A DNA stretch of 64,000 bases from Candidatus Poribacteria bacterium (lineage in GTDB: Bacteria; Poribacteria; WGA-4E; WGA-3G), in assembly GCA_964291315.2 (NCBI GenBank), contig OZ219753.1:1312001-1376000 (forward strand). The letters are read 5' to 3'. Positions 50,901 through 61,225 of this stretch are shown here, piece after piece. How positions within the stretch are numbered: position 1 is the first letter of the stretch; each line of letters opens with the position of its first letter. The translations under genes and the position numbers were made by a program. Below the pieces are notes generated by a model. It did no database searches, was not told where the DNA came from, and was given only the letters and a program-made list of their open reading frames with translations.

Positions 50901-51584
50901 GTTGTCGGGCTTTTCCCAGCCAACGCGGTTAGCGAAGATACTGAGATTTACGCAGACAACGCACGAACAAAGGTGACCGCTACGGTGCACCACCTCCGTC
51001 AACAGACAGAACAACCTTTTATGAGACCCAACCTGAGCCTCGGTGATTTCATCGCCCCCAAGGCAACAGGCATTCAAGATTATATCGGGGCTTTTGCTCT
51101 AACAACTGGGAGCGGCGTCTCTGAGCTGTGTGCTGAATTTGAGCGGAAGCAGGACGATTATAACAGTATTATGACAAAGGCACTAGCAGACCGCCTGGCA
51201 GAGGCATTCGCGGAAAAGATACATCAACACGTCCGGACAACACTTTGGGGCTACATCCCAGATGAGGCACTGGATAACGCGGCTTTAATCGCCGAACGGT
51301 ATCGCGGAATTCGCCCCGCACCAGGCTACCCCGCCTGTCCCGACCACAATCAAAAACGGGTGTTGTTTGACTTGCTGAACGTTACAGAAAACACCGGGAT
51401 CGCTCTCACTGAAAACCTAGCGATGTTCCCAGCCGCATCTGTGAGTGGATGGTACTATTCCCACCCAGATGCCCGATATTTCAGCATTGCCAGAATTGGG
51501 GAAGATCAAGCCGCGAACTATGCAGAACGAATTGGAATGGACCTAGAGACAGCAAACCGGTGGCTTAAGCCGCTGCTGACATGA
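47913..51584 (+). CDS. metH: Cobalamin-dependent methionine synthase
   Basis: [32 protein letters not shown] and [12 protein letters not shown] motifs. Confidence 0.98.
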   Translation: MAHSQQITLKNELKKRILVLDGAMGSLLQTYRLTEDDFRGEKFANHPCELKGYNDLLSITQPHIVREIHANYCNAGADIIETNTFTSTSISMADYQLQDIAYQVNYAAARIAREVADKWTSPDKPRFVAGSMGPTNRSCSISPHVNDPGYRNITFSQLVSAYTTQAEGLIDGGVDLILIETVMDTLNCKAALFAVQALIETRAIDMPLIVSSDRSGGGGRNLSGQTVEAFWNSVRHADLSAVGLNCGFGSQQIRPYLAEMSKIADIPVICYPNAGLPNELGHYTQTPEEMGNWMREFAENQLVNIVGGCCGSHPEHIEAVAKIAAEYPPREPRPQKHACRLSGLEAFNITPDSLFVNVGERTNVTGSRRFATLIKNDDYETALEVARDQVENGAQMVDINMDASMLDAKTAMVKFLNLIAAEPDISRVPIMLDSSRWEVIEAGLACVQGKGVVNSISLKEGEEDFLSKARQVRQYGAAVIVMAFDEDGQADTRERKVEICRRAYRLLTEEAGLPPEDIIFDPNIFAVATGIEEHNAYAKAFIEACEEIKTACPHALLSGGVSNISFAFRGNDAIREAMHAAFLYHAINAGMDMGIVNAGQLAVYDDLPKPLLEAVEDVLFDRREDATERLVNLANTLRGKGKKKRVNRRWRKLPVEERLRHALVEGILEYIEADTEEARQSYERPIQVIEGPLMDGMNRVGELFGDGKMFLPQVVKSARVMKKAVAHLTPYIEKEQAAGAIPSRGKIVMATVKGDVHDIGKNIVGVVLGCNNYDIVDLGVMVPAEDILETARKENADIIGLSGLITPSLDEMVNVAEEMEREGFRIPLLIGGATTSKVHTAVQIETAYSGLTVHVKDASRSVGVVGNLMNNEKQQKFTQQTREEYADIRERRAKHRKQAKLLPFDVAQQRKFTPDWRSYRPATPQQLGTQVFDDYPLAKLIDYIDWSPFFTTWGLRGKYPDILEHADVGTEARRLLKDAKTLLYTIIEQKKLQARAVVGLFPANAVSEDTEIYADNARTKVTATVHHLRQQTEQPFMRPNLSLGDFIAPKATGIQDYIGAFALTTGSGVSELCAEFERKQDDYNSIMTKALADRLAEAFAEKIHQHVRTTLWGYIPDEALDNAALIAERYRGIRPAPGYPACPDHNQKRVLFDLLNVTENTGIALTENLAMFPAASVSGWYYSHPDARYFSIARIGEDQAANYAERIGMDLETANRWLKPLLT

Positions 51585-51689
51585 AAAAATTGCGCTTTTG
51601 ACAGATTGCCGTAGCGGCGAAGCCGCCGCGCAACTAATAGCTGGCTACGATACAAACAAAAACCGTTCCATCTTCTATAAAGAAACCTT

Positions 51690-52580
51690 ATGCAAACATC
51701 ACATAAATATTTAGACCCGGTCGCCCTTTCCCGGATTGGCGGGTTAGAGCTTGTTGCAAGGCTCGTCGTTGAGGGATTCGTCACGGGCTTGCACAAGAGT
51801 CCATATCAAGGATTTAGCGTCGAATTCGCAGAACACAGGCAATATATGCCAGGCGATGAAATCCGCTATATCGATTGGAAAGTCTACGGAAAATCCGATC
51901 GGTATTATATCAAAAAATTTGAGGAGGAAACCAATCTGCGGGCATACCTTCTCCTTGATAAGAGTGCATCCATGAACTACAAGCATGCAGAGGACGGGTT
52001 GACGAAGTTTGAATACGGTTGTTATCTCGCAGCAACCCTCACCTACCTTATGCTGAAGCAACGGGACTCCGTCGGACTAGCGCTCTTCGATACCGCTATC
52101 ACACAATATATTCCGCCAAGAGGCGCCGCAACGCACCTACGGGCAATTATGACCGCCTTGGAAAATGCGACTCCGGGACAGGAAACACGGTTGAGCAGCC
52201 TCTTCCACGAACTCGCCAAACGCATCGTGAGACGTGGGTTAGTTATTGTTATCTCCGATCTGCTCGACGATCCCTCGCAAGTCATTTCCGCCTTGAAGCA
52301 TCTACGGCATAAGAAACACGAAGTGATTGTCTTTCATCTACTCGATCCTGCCGAACTCGCCTTCCCTTACACCGGTTCTGTCGTCTTTCGCGATATGGAA
52401 ACAGGACAAACGCTTTCAACACAAGCCGATACGTTAAAAACAGATTATCTTCAGAAACTCAACGAGTTTATCCAGAGCTATCGTAGAGGCTGCGGCGCAA
52501 GCCAGATTGATTATATTCAGATGGATACCGCAACGCCCTTTGATTACGCACTATCTGCCTATCTATCCCGCCGAAAATAG
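51690..52580 (+). CDS. DUF58 (vWA-like, MoxR-associated) protein
   Basis: G.H.S...G.SVEFAEHRQY.PGD.IRYIDWK and LDKSASM motifs. Confidence 0.92.
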   Translation: MQTSHKYLDPVALSRIGGLELVARLVVEGFVTGLHKSPYQGFSVEFAEHRQYMPGDEIRYIDWKVYGKSDRYYIKKFEEETNLRAYLLLDKSASMNYKHAEDGLTKFEYGCYLAATLTYLMLKQRDSVGLALFDTAITQYIPPRGAATHLRAIMTALENATPGQETRLSSLFHELAKRIVRRGLVIVISDLLDDPSQVISALKHLRHKKHEVIVFHLLDPAELAFPYTGSVVFRDMETGQTLSTQADTLKTDYLQKLNEFIQSYRRGCGASQIDYIQMDTATPFDYALSAYLSRRK

Positions 52581-52618
52581 TCTTCCCCTCGGACATTAAC
52601 CGTTCTCTTAGAGGGTTT

Positions 52619-55600
52619 CTACCATAGGATTGTGTCGATTTGCTGCATGAGGGTGAGGGTCTCCGCAATAGAGACTAAGATGGCACGATAATGCCGTACC
52701 TCCTCATGACGCAACACCTCCCCGCGACGATCCCGAAGCCACTTCTCACAGACCTGATACGAGCCGATCTTATACGCCCAGACCTCCGGCGGTACGTCTG
52801 TGAAATATTGCGTGGCATTCATCCAAACCGCGCCCTCCACATAACGCACCTTTCCGACAACGCCATCTCCCACGCCCTCAAAGCGGTGACGCGCCGGAAT
52901 TTCTACGTCTTTCAAGAGGTGCCAGTTCATGAGGTGCTGCCCGAGCGATGCGAGTGTGTGGAACTGCTCGCTGTTGCGCGGCATGGGGATACGCGGGTAG
53001 TCGTATTTGAGGAAGTCGTAGTACCGTTTGCGATAGGTGGGGCTATGGAGCAGTGCGTAGAGATAGGCGAGGATCTGCTCGGGTGAGACGCGTTCGGGCA
53101 GCTGGAAGGGTTGAACCTGCTGGGCATCCAGCGCCTCTGAGAGCGCGGTGAGAAAGGTTGGTTTGAAATTGAGGGAGCGTTCTGTGTTAAGTCCTAATTC
53201 TTTGGGGTTTGGATAGAGATAGAGCGGGAATACATGGGTGGGACCGTCTTTATTTGAGATACAACAGGCATCGGTAATCTCGTTGGTAACAAAGACGTGC
53301 TGCCATGTGGTAGAGCTTTTGAAGCTGCGGTATGTGCCGAGGGCAAGGTTTTCTTTTTGCAAATGCGGCATAATCGCCGGTCGTGGCCTACAGTGAAAGC
53401 CGCGCGACCGTCCTGTGTAGTAGGTCCAGCGCGTGTCAAACGGCCGGTAATTGATCGGCACAATGTGCTCTTCTGTGTTCGGATGATTGCGGAGGTCTGC
53501 TTGGGCGAGATGTACCTTCCAATCTTGGCTGTCTTTTGGCAACCCGTATTTTTCGCGGGCCTTGTCTACAGGGAGCGAGACAAAGTCGGTTACGGTGTCG
53601 CGAACATCTTCGGCAGTGCGATGGATTGTTAACTTATCTCGGGCGGTAACAATCCCGATTGAGCTTGCTTGAAAGATGTCGGTTATCCTCCATCCGACTT
53701 CGTATTCCTCTATGTGTTGCGTGTGACGTGGCACGAAATGATAGAACGGGGAGTCGGGGGTGAGCTCTGTCCACGTTGTGCTCTGAACATCGGTATTGAG
53801 GAGGGTTTCGTATTTTTCTACGCGACTGCCCCACACGTCGGCATAGTAGATTTTCGCGGGTGCAGGGTTGTGCGGCTCTTTAACACAGAACAGAATGGCT
53901 GTTCCCTGCAGAATATCAAAGACGTTCTCATCGGTTTTACCTTCGGGGACAATCTCTCCGATTCTAACGCTGCCGTGCAAGTTAAGACAGTAGATGGTGT
54001 TGAAGCTGTTGATCAGGCTCTGTCGCATACCGCGAAAGATGATACCGTACAGAAACCCGTTATTTACGATGTATCCAACAACGCCTTCTCCATTTTTATC
54101 AATGCGCCATTGTGCCCACCGGATAAATTTGACGTAGTCACTTTGAAGGGCTTGAACGTTTTGTTCTGTCATCCGTGCGCCATCGACGCTCCTATAATCT
54201 TCCATGAGCTGCCCGATGAAGTTTAAGCTTTTATCAGCGTTCCGGTTTGGATTGGCAGAGCTCCGTGGATAGGGTGGGTTGCCGAGGACGACGAGGAGGG
54301 TTCGTCGCGTTTCACTGACAACGCAGCGTTCGCCTCCTCGGAGATGAACTCCGTGAACGGCAACGGCGATTGCATCTCTTGCGGCTGTTCTAGTGTGTTG
54401 GTGAGGTAGATGCGTAGACGCTCATCCGCACGCCAGCCTTGCGATTCTAAGAAGAGACCCAACTTCAAGTGTGCGATGGTATACGGCGCAACAAGCAGCT
54501 CAAATCCAAAGAGGCGACGCACCAGATCCCCGTTGATATACTGTGCCCATTCCCCCGAGCCGTAGGTCGAGGTGACAGAAGCCTGGATCTGCTCAAGCAC
54601 TGCCAACAGAAAGCCGCCCGTCCCCGTCGCTGGGTCGAGGATGAGCGTATCGGTATCCGCGAGACCGTCCGATCTACCGAGCTCTGTTTTCAAGAGGCTA
54701 TCAACAGACCGCACAATATACGAGATCACCTGGGGCGGCGTATAGTAGACACCCCGATCAACCCGACGCTCCGGATTATACGCAGCGAGGAAGGTCTCAT
54801 AGAAGTGGATAACAGGATCCTCGGCGTGAGTTCCCGGAGAAAATGCCGTGCGGATCATCTCTGTCTGCACGTTTCGCAGGAGCGTTGCGATGTCGTCGAG
54901 GATATAGATGACGTTCGCCTCTAGCGTTGGCGATGCGATCTGATGAAAGAGCTGCACAAGAAATGGGTTGGATTTCGGAAGGGCTCCTGCGGCGGTGTGT
55001 CGTGAGAAGTTTGTGGCGTTCGGCAGCGTGCATCGGGCGGCGAATAGTCCATAGGCGAGCGTCTGTGCATACATATCCGCAAAATCAGCGGGGGTCAATG
55101 TAGAGAGCAGCAGCTCCTTGAAGGCGGAGAACATCCGATAGAGGTTGCTGTTTTCATTAGTGAGTGCAGCGGCGACTTGCACCTGTAGCTCTCGGGTGCG
55201 TCTGGCGAGGTATCTGGCGAGCACCTCTGGTGTGGCGATCTGAACGGGTTTGGCGTTTAGGAACCGTTCCAATAACATCTCCAAGTTTGCGGTGCCGTCT
55301 CCGGCGCGTGCTTGTGCGTGGAGTTGTCCGTCTGTCCAGAGCTGGAAGTCGACGAAGTTGGTCAGGATAAAGTTATCTAGGTTTTCGGTAAATCGTTTGT
55401 TCTGCTCTTGTGCGTGTCCTGTGAGCTTGTTGAGGTCTCTGCGGTATGACTCTGCTTCGATGTAGCCGATGGGGAGCAGTCCGTCTATTGCGACGAAGTC
55501 GGGTCTGCCGATCTGCTCGATATTTTTCGATTCTTGGAGGAAGTGTATGGTATTTCTGTGGAAGTGGTTAGCGGTTGTTTCCGCGAGGAATGCGTGTAGG

Positions 55601-55695
55601 TGTGGGAAGAGTGAGAGCTCTGGTGTTGCTGCGGTGTTGGCGCGGGTGTGTTGTATTCTCTGTAGGTAGCGGTTGGTGCGGGTGTGGAAGTCCAT
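52619..55695 (-). pseudogene. Single-chain restriction-modification enzyme (nuclease, N6-adenine MTase, Type ISP-like C-terminal specificity domain), frameshifted (ORFs 54223-55695 and 52619-54205)
   Basis: GRPDF..GYIEAE nuclease-like motif, GVYYTP and LDPATGTGGF. One extra base at 54298-54300 restores EPLLVVLGNPPY in frame with part 2, which has YRPFD and IGSYQVCEKWL. Confidence 0.85.
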
Positions 55696-55732
55696 ATGTT
55701 GTTTTGAGATTAATCCTGTTTAGGTTGAGGTG

Positions 55733-55759
55733 GCACAGACGGGTCGTCTATGCTACAAG
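55733..55759 (-). repeat. GTAG-type REP-like hairpin, copy 3 (most complete)
   Basis: Minus strand CTTGTA-GCATAGAC-gaccc-GTCTGTGC forms an 8-bp stem. Confidence 0.55.
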
Positions 55760-55937
55760 AAGTGTCTGGGCTACACACAATGGTTTATTTCTGACGTTTA
55801 CGTTATTATACGGGTTTTGGTGGTTAGGTGCAAGTGTTTTCTGGGATCACATAACGTTTTGGAGCAGACGAAGTGCTTGAAAACTAGAAGTGGGCGTGGT
55901 ATATTTAAGTTGATGGTTTCTGCTTATTAACTGAACT

Positions 55938-56681
55938 TTGGACAGCCTGGAAAAGGGGTTTATCATGAAAGAGTCGCGGAAAATGCGTTACAAAGCCGTT
56001 GTGTTCGATTTGTACGGGACACTGGTCGAAAATTTCAGTCGCCAAGTCTACGATCGCGTCCAAAAGCGGATGGCGAAAATTCTGGATGTACCCTATCCAA
56101 AATTCTGGCAAGTCATGGGAGAAACCTTCTATAACAGGGTATCGGGCAGCAACCGTTCACCCGAAGAGGAGATGCTGGAAGTCTGTCGACGCTTAGGTGT
56201 TAAAGCAGATAACGCACAAATCGCGAAGTGCCTCGGCTTGCGTTACGAGTTCACCCGAAATTCTGTCATCCCTGAAACCGAAGTTTTGGAAGCATTAAGC
56301 ATGCTGAAACGCAACGGCTTCCATATAGGACTCGTCACTAACTGCAACCGTGATGTGCCACTACTCTTTCCTGACTCACCTTTAGCGTCCTACATTGATG
56401 CCCCCATTTTCTCTTGTGTGGAAGGGGTTAACAAGCCTGATCATCGCATCTATGAGATAGTATGTGAGCACCTGAAAATTCAACCCCAGGAATCTATTTA
56501 CGTTGGAGACGGGAGCAGTGAAGAATTGACGGGCGCGGCCGCGATCGGCATGTTACCGATACTAAAGTGGCCCGATTTAACAGATGTCTACGACCGACAC
56601 CGACCCGAGTTAGAAAACTGGCAAGGTATTACCATTAACGACATTGCCGAGCTGCCAAACCTTCTTTCCGAGCTGACTTAG
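55938..56681 (+). CDS. HAD-superfamily hydrolase
   Basis: FDLYGTL, VTN, KPD and YVGDG motifs; the real start is probably slightly downstream. Confidence 0.9.
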   Translation: MDSLEKGFIMKESRKMRYKAVVFDLYGTLVENFSRQVYDRVQKRMAKILDVPYPKFWQVMGETFYNRVSGSNRSPEEEMLEVCRRLGVKADNAQIAKCLGLRYEFTRNSVIPETEVLEALSMLKRNGFHIGLVTNCNRDVPLLFPDSPLASYIDAPIFSCVEGVNKPDHRIYEIVCEHLKIQPQESIYVGDGSSEELTGAAAIGMLPILKWPDLTDVYDRHRPELENWQGITINDIAELPNLLSELT

Positions 56682-56838
56682 GGAGACAGGGAGGCAAGCC
56701 CTAAAATCACGGGGCTTAATTCACAGAAAAAGTCTCTAGGAGTCAGTAGATTTGATACACTTTTCAGATAATATTTGACCGCATAGAGATATAAGAACGG
56801 ACCGATAGCCGCTAATAGACTGTGCTGATAAACCATAT

Positions 56839-57555
56839 TCAAAGCACATCTGATAGCCGCACAAACCGGTACCCGTCTCGCTTTAGCGCTGTAATGATCA
56901 ACGCTGTCGCTTTAACAGTTCCTGAACGGTTTGCGTTCGGATTTTCTGCTTTTCCATCGTGTAGGACGACGATTGAACCTGCACCTTTGGATAATCTTAC
57001 CTTCCGCAGGACGGCTCCTGCAATTTTATTAGCGTTTTGTGTCATCCAATCCCAACCCCACGCATTGCAGCTGATATGGGTCCGGTTGCCTTTTGCAAGT
57101 ACCCATGCGACTGGCAGGAATCTTGTTAACAACGGGGCTCGAATCAGGAGCTCACCTGTAACCCCGGCTTGACGAATCAGCTTATCTGTGCGTTCGATTT
57201 CTCGCTGAATATAGGCAGGCGGGCAGAAACCGAGTACAGGATGGCTGTAGGAGTGATTTCCAATTTGGTGCCCCTCAGCGATCACGCGCTGCACTGTTTC
57301 AGGATGTTTCTCAATCCGATTGCCGATCATAAAGAAGGTAGCTTTGACATCATGCTTGCTGAGGATGTCAAGAATCTGATCCGTATACGGAGGTTTCGGT
57401 CCATCATCGAAGGTGAGTGCAACCACACGATCGCCCGTATTCAAACGAACGATATTTTTTCCGAAAGGAGGTTTAAAAAAAATCCACGACACGCCTAGTG
57501 TCGCAAGCCCTGACACAGCTGCAATTATTGATCTCATGAGGTTCTCCTTATTCAA
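56839..57555 (-). CDS. Polysaccharide deacetylase (NodB/CE4)
   Basis: ALTFDDGP, GNHSYSH and VLHD motifs; N-terminal membrane anchor. Confidence 0.93.
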   Translation of the reverse strand: MNKENLMRSIIAAVSGLATLGVSWIFFKPPFGKNIVRLNTGDRVVALTFDDGPKPPYTDQILDILSKHDVKATFFMIGNRIEKHPETVQRVIAEGHQIGNHSYSHPVLGFCPPAYIQREIERTDKLIRQAGVTGELLIRAPLLTRFLPVAWVLAKGNRTHISCNAWGWDWMTQNANKIAGAVLRKVRLSKGAGSIVVLHDGKAENPNANRSGTVKATALIITALKRDGYRFVRLSDVL

Positions 57556-57689
57556 CTAATTTTTCTTGATGGTTTTTGCTAAACTTGCTATTATTAAGTA
57601 GTTATAGCACAAAATGGTTTGGAGTTTCCTCAATAACCCGCAAACACGGAAATGTCTAGGTGATTTTGTTACCCAATTTTGGAGTTTTT

Positions 57690-58793
57690 GTGAAAATTCG
57701 CTGTATTAACGCTTATCAAGTCGATCTCCCGCTCCATGAGGGCAGTTATAATTGGTCTGGCGGAAAATCTGTATCCGTCTTCGACAGCACTATTGTCTCA
57801 ATAGAGACAGACGAAGGCATTACTGGTTACGGTGAGGTCTGCCCACTGGGCCCCTTCTATCTCCCTGCTTATGCAGCGGGGACCCGCACCGGCATTGCTG
57901 AACTTGCCCCGCATCTTATCGGTGAAGATCCTACACGATTGCTTCCGATCAATCAACGCATGGATGCTGCACTCAAGGGGCACCCGTATGTAAAATCCGC
58001 AATCGACATCGCCTGTTGGGATATTCTCGGTAAAATCGGAGACCAACCTGTTTGCACCCTCCTCGGCGGCAGGTATGGCTCGGACTTCATGCTCTATCGC
58101 GCGATTTCGCAACAATCTCCGCATGAGATGGCGGCAAAGATCGCAACCTACCGCCAAGAAGGATACCGCAAATTCCAGTTGAAAGTCGGTGGTGACCCAA
58201 ATACCGATATTCAACGCATCCAAGCGGCTGCCGAACTAATGCAACCCGGAGATGTGCTGATCGCTGATGCGAATACCGGTTGGTTAATGCACCAAGCCGC
58301 CCGCGTTGTTCGAGGCGTGCGCGATGTGGATGTCTACATTGAGCAGCCCTGCCTTTCCTATGAAGAATGCCTCGCAATCCGGCACCGCATAGACCATCCT
58401 TTCGTTCTCGACGAAACGATTGATAGCATCCAAGCCCTCTTACGGGCTCATGCTGATCGCGCCATGGATGTCGTCAATATTAAAATAAGCAAATTCGGCG
58501 GACTGACTAAAGCGAAACTCGCTAGAGACCTGTGCATTGAACTCGGAATTGCGATGACGATTGAGGATAGCTGGGGCGGGGACATTACAACCGCCGCGAT
58601 CGCCCATCTCGCCCACAGTACCCCACCAACGTTCCTTTTCACAGCAACCGATTTCAACAGTTACGTCACCGTCAGCACCGCAGCGGGCGCACCGCAGCGT
58701 ATAAAAGGTAGAATGGCAGCCTCAACGCAACCCGGTTTAGGTATCACCCCGGATATGGAGATGTTAGGCGAACCGGTCCTCCGTGTGGAGTAA
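57690..58793 (+). CDS. Enolase-superfamily (MR/MLE) enzyme, cis-3-hydroxy-L-proline dehydratase-like
   Basis: YQVDLPL.EG.Y.WS.G, GEVCPLG..YLPAYA.G, QLKVG, DAN, EQP, DE and EDSWG motifs; subfamily assigned from memory. Confidence 0.7.
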   Translation: MKIRCINAYQVDLPLHEGSYNWSGGKSVSVFDSTIVSIETDEGITGYGEVCPLGPFYLPAYAAGTRTGIAELAPHLIGEDPTRLLPINQRMDAALKGHPYVKSAIDIACWDILGKIGDQPVCTLLGGRYGSDFMLYRAISQQSPHEMAAKIATYRQEGYRKFQLKVGGDPNTDIQRIQAAAELMQPGDVLIADANTGWLMHQAARVVRGVRDVDVYIEQPCLSYEECLAIRHRIDHPFVLDETIDSIQALLRAHADRAMDVVNIKISKFGGLTKAKLARDLCIELGIAMTIEDSWGGDITTAAIAHLAHSTPPTFLFTATDFNSYVTVSTAAGAPQRIKGRMAASTQPGLGITPDMEMLGEPVLRVE

Positions 58794-58797
58794 TCGT

Positions 58798-59763
58798 ATG
58801 CGTATCAGAATTCTCTCTGCCTCCGATGTTCGAGCAGCTCTACCCATGCCTAAAGCCATCGAGGCAATGCGGCACGCTTACAGTCAACTGTCAGCAGGCA
58901 AAGCGACCGTACCACCGCGCCAACATATTTCTGCTGCTCAAGGGGTTACCCTCATAATGCCAGCACACCTGCCGCAACGCAGCGAGTTTGGGATCAAAGT
59001 GGTCTCAGTTTATGACAACAACCCCAAACTCAACTTACCGCGCATCACTGGCACAGTTTTGATCATCGATCCTGCCACGGGAACCCCAAAAGCGTTCATG
59101 GACGGCGCGAGTCTCACTGCCATCCGGACCGGAGCAGGGGGCGGCGTGGCAGCAGACCTACTTGCCCAAAAACACACAGAAACCGTCGGACTATTCGGGG
59201 CAGGTGTACAAGCAAGATCACAGCTCCAAGCAGTGATGGCCGTCAGAACCATCAAACGCGTGAACCTCATCAGTCGCACAAAAACCTCCGCACAACAATT
59301 CGCCACCGAAATTTCGGGATGGTCAGATGCCCCCGAAGTCAAACTTGCACACACACCACAACAGGTTGTAGAAGATGCTGATATTGTGCTATGCGCAACG
59401 ACAGCAGCAACCCCGCTTTTTGACGGAAACGCACTGCAAACCGGAACACACGTCACAGCAGTTGGTACGTTCGTGCCTGAAAAACGAGAGGTTGACACGG
59501 CAACCATAAGACGCGCCGATCGGGTCGTAGTGGATTCTCGGACAGACTGCTTAGCCGAGGCAGGCGAACTAATTATTTCCAACGCTAAAATTGACGCTGA
59601 AATCGGTGAAATCCTCAACGGGGACAAGCCCGGACGTCAAGCGGCTAGCGACATCACGTTTTTCAAATCGGTGGGCGTAGCGGCACAAGACGCAGTCGCA
59701 GGCGCAGCAGCACTCGCAGCAGCAGAAGCACAAGGGTTAGGCACCCTCGTTGAAATGTGCTAA
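58798..59763 (+). CDS. Ornithine cyclodeaminase/mu-crystallin family ketimine reductase
   Basis: LTAIRTGA, GAGVQA and FKSVG.A.QD motifs. Confidence 0.88.
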   Translation: MRIRILSASDVRAALPMPKAIEAMRHAYSQLSAGKATVPPRQHISAAQGVTLIMPAHLPQRSEFGIKVVSVYDNNPKLNLPRITGTVLIIDPATGTPKAFMDGASLTAIRTGAGGGVAADLLAQKHTETVGLFGAGVQARSQLQAVMAVRTIKRVNLISRTKTSAQQFATEISGWSDAPEVKLAHTPQQVVEDADIVLCATTAATPLFDGNALQTGTHVTAVGTFVPEKREVDTATIRRADRVVVDSRTDCLAEAGELIISNAKIDAEIGEILNGDKPGRQAASDITFFKSVGVAAQDAVAGAAALAAAEAQGLGTLVEMC

Positions 59764-59825
59764 TCACTATGAGTTTCAGGAGTCAGCTAGCATCTTGTAG
59801 CAGCGCGCACCCCTTGAACACCCCC

Positions 59826-60566
59826 TTAACGAGTAACTGAGGTCTGATCCCTTCTAAGACTGACATCCATTTTGCGTGCCTCCGGTAGATTCCACCACGG
59901 GATATACGGATATTCATGATGTTCCCAATGATAACCGAAGTGATAACAGGTGACAAACGACCAAAATGGCGAATACGCATTGCTCTGGGCCCGGTGTGGA
60001 TTATCGTAGCCATCCCTCGGCATGCGATGCGGCAGATACGTTCCAAAATAAAACAGCTGCAGAGTGCTAAGCAGGGCTGGAGACACCCAGAAGAGTATCA
60101 GATTCAGCCTCGGGATTCCTAGCACATGTTCCATGATTTGAAAAACAAGCGCCATACCCGCGATCTGTTTCCATCTGAGGTATTCCTTCATAAAATGAAG
60201 ATACCACCTCACGAAGCCGCTATGTTCTCCATCATGAAAATCTGGGTCAGTCCGGCTTGCGGGTTTTCGGTGGTGTTCCCAATGTTTTTCCAATAATATG
60301 CTATATGAAAATAGGGCATATAACCCGACAGCGATTGCCCCAATCGTATTGTTGACACGAGGATGTGTATTACAAACCGAACCGTGCATCGCATCGTGCG
60401 CAGTGATAAACACTCCTGTGTAGAGAAACGTCTGACAAAGGACCCCCAAAGGTATCAGCACAATGTTCTTCCGGGCAACGTCGAGGGTGAGTAACATCGA
60501 CAGACTCACGCCCCACAGACCGATGATTGTTAGCGCGATGAATAAACCTATGTTTGTTCGTTTCAT
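59826..60566 (-). CDS. crtW: Beta-carotene ketolase (fatty-acid desaturase superfamily)
   Basis: LYTGVFITAHDAMHG, HWEHH, DPDFH, QLFYFGTYLPH and CYHFGYHWEHH. ATG at 60566 overlaps the upstream stop. Confidence 0.88.
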   Translation of the reverse strand: MKRTNIGLFIALTIIGLWGVSLSMLLTLDVARKNIVLIPLGVLCQTFLYTGVFITAHDAMHGSVCNTHPRVNNTIGAIAVGLYALFSYSILLEKHWEHHRKPASRTDPDFHDGEHSGFVRWYLHFMKEYLRWKQIAGMALVFQIMEHVLGIPRLNLILFWVSPALLSTLQLFYFGTYLPHRMPRDGYDNPHRAQSNAYSPFWSFVTCYHFGYHWEHHEYPYIPWWNLPEARKMDVSLRRDQTSVTR

Positions 60567-61225
60567 AAGCTTTTCAAGTCCACCAGTCCAAAATAAATGA
60601 GCTGCGCAAGATAGAAGTGAAACGCGATACGAGGCAGCGGGGGCTGAGAAAACAAGCCCATTCTTATACCTAGCATCGTAAAAATAAAACTCAATCCGAA
60701 CCACGCCAGATAGTTCTGCAAAGGAATACGGTTGTCCACCCATGTCCAATAGTCTAATTTGCCTGCTGCGGGTTCTAAAAACAGATCAAAACAGACCATT
60801 AACAGCGCCGTCCAGAGCGCCAACCTGATACTGTTTTCAACCACGGATTTCGGGCCGAACCGTTGGACGACAGCGGCTGAGGAGATGAGCATTACAAACC
60901 ATGCAGCGCCAATACATGCGGGTACACCATCAATCAACGGTCGCAGTGTCTGGCCATATGTATACGCCCCGAAAATTTTCCCCGTTCGAACACCGAGCCA
61001 TTCCACTCCGAAGCTGCACACCACAACGATCGCACTCCAAAAGACCAGTTTCTGCTTTTTCCGTTGTGGGGATATCCGCCAGCACTCCCAAAACAGCCAG
61101 ACCCCTAAGCCGAAAACCATCGACGAGTTGAGGATCCGCATGATGCCTTGGAAAACGTCGAGCATGTGCCACAATCCGCCCGCCCCTAGAAGTAGATAAA
61201 GCCCGCCTATTTTTAGCTTGTTCAC
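60563..61225 (-). CDS. cruF: Carotenoid 1,2-hydratase (CruF/DUF422)
   Basis: EWLGVRTG.IFG.Y.YG, DLFLEP and P.QNYLAW motifs; multi-TM. Confidence 0.8.
   Translation of the reverse strand: MNKLKIGGLYLLLGAGGLWHMLDVFQGIMRILNSSMVFGLGVWLFWECWRISPQRKKQKLVFWSAIVVVCSFGVEWLGVRTGKIFGAYTYGQTLRPLIDGVPACIGAAWFVMLISSAAVVQRFGPKSVVENSIRLALWTALLMVCFDLFLEPAAGKLDYWTWVDNRIPLQNYLAWFGLSFIFTMLGIRMGLFSQPPLPRIAFHFYLAQLIYFGLVDLKSL

Noticed and set aside
60567-60749. N-terminal extension of crtW in the ORF track
   Set aside because: It overlaps cruF; the ATGA-coupled start at 60566 gives a normal-length CrtW.
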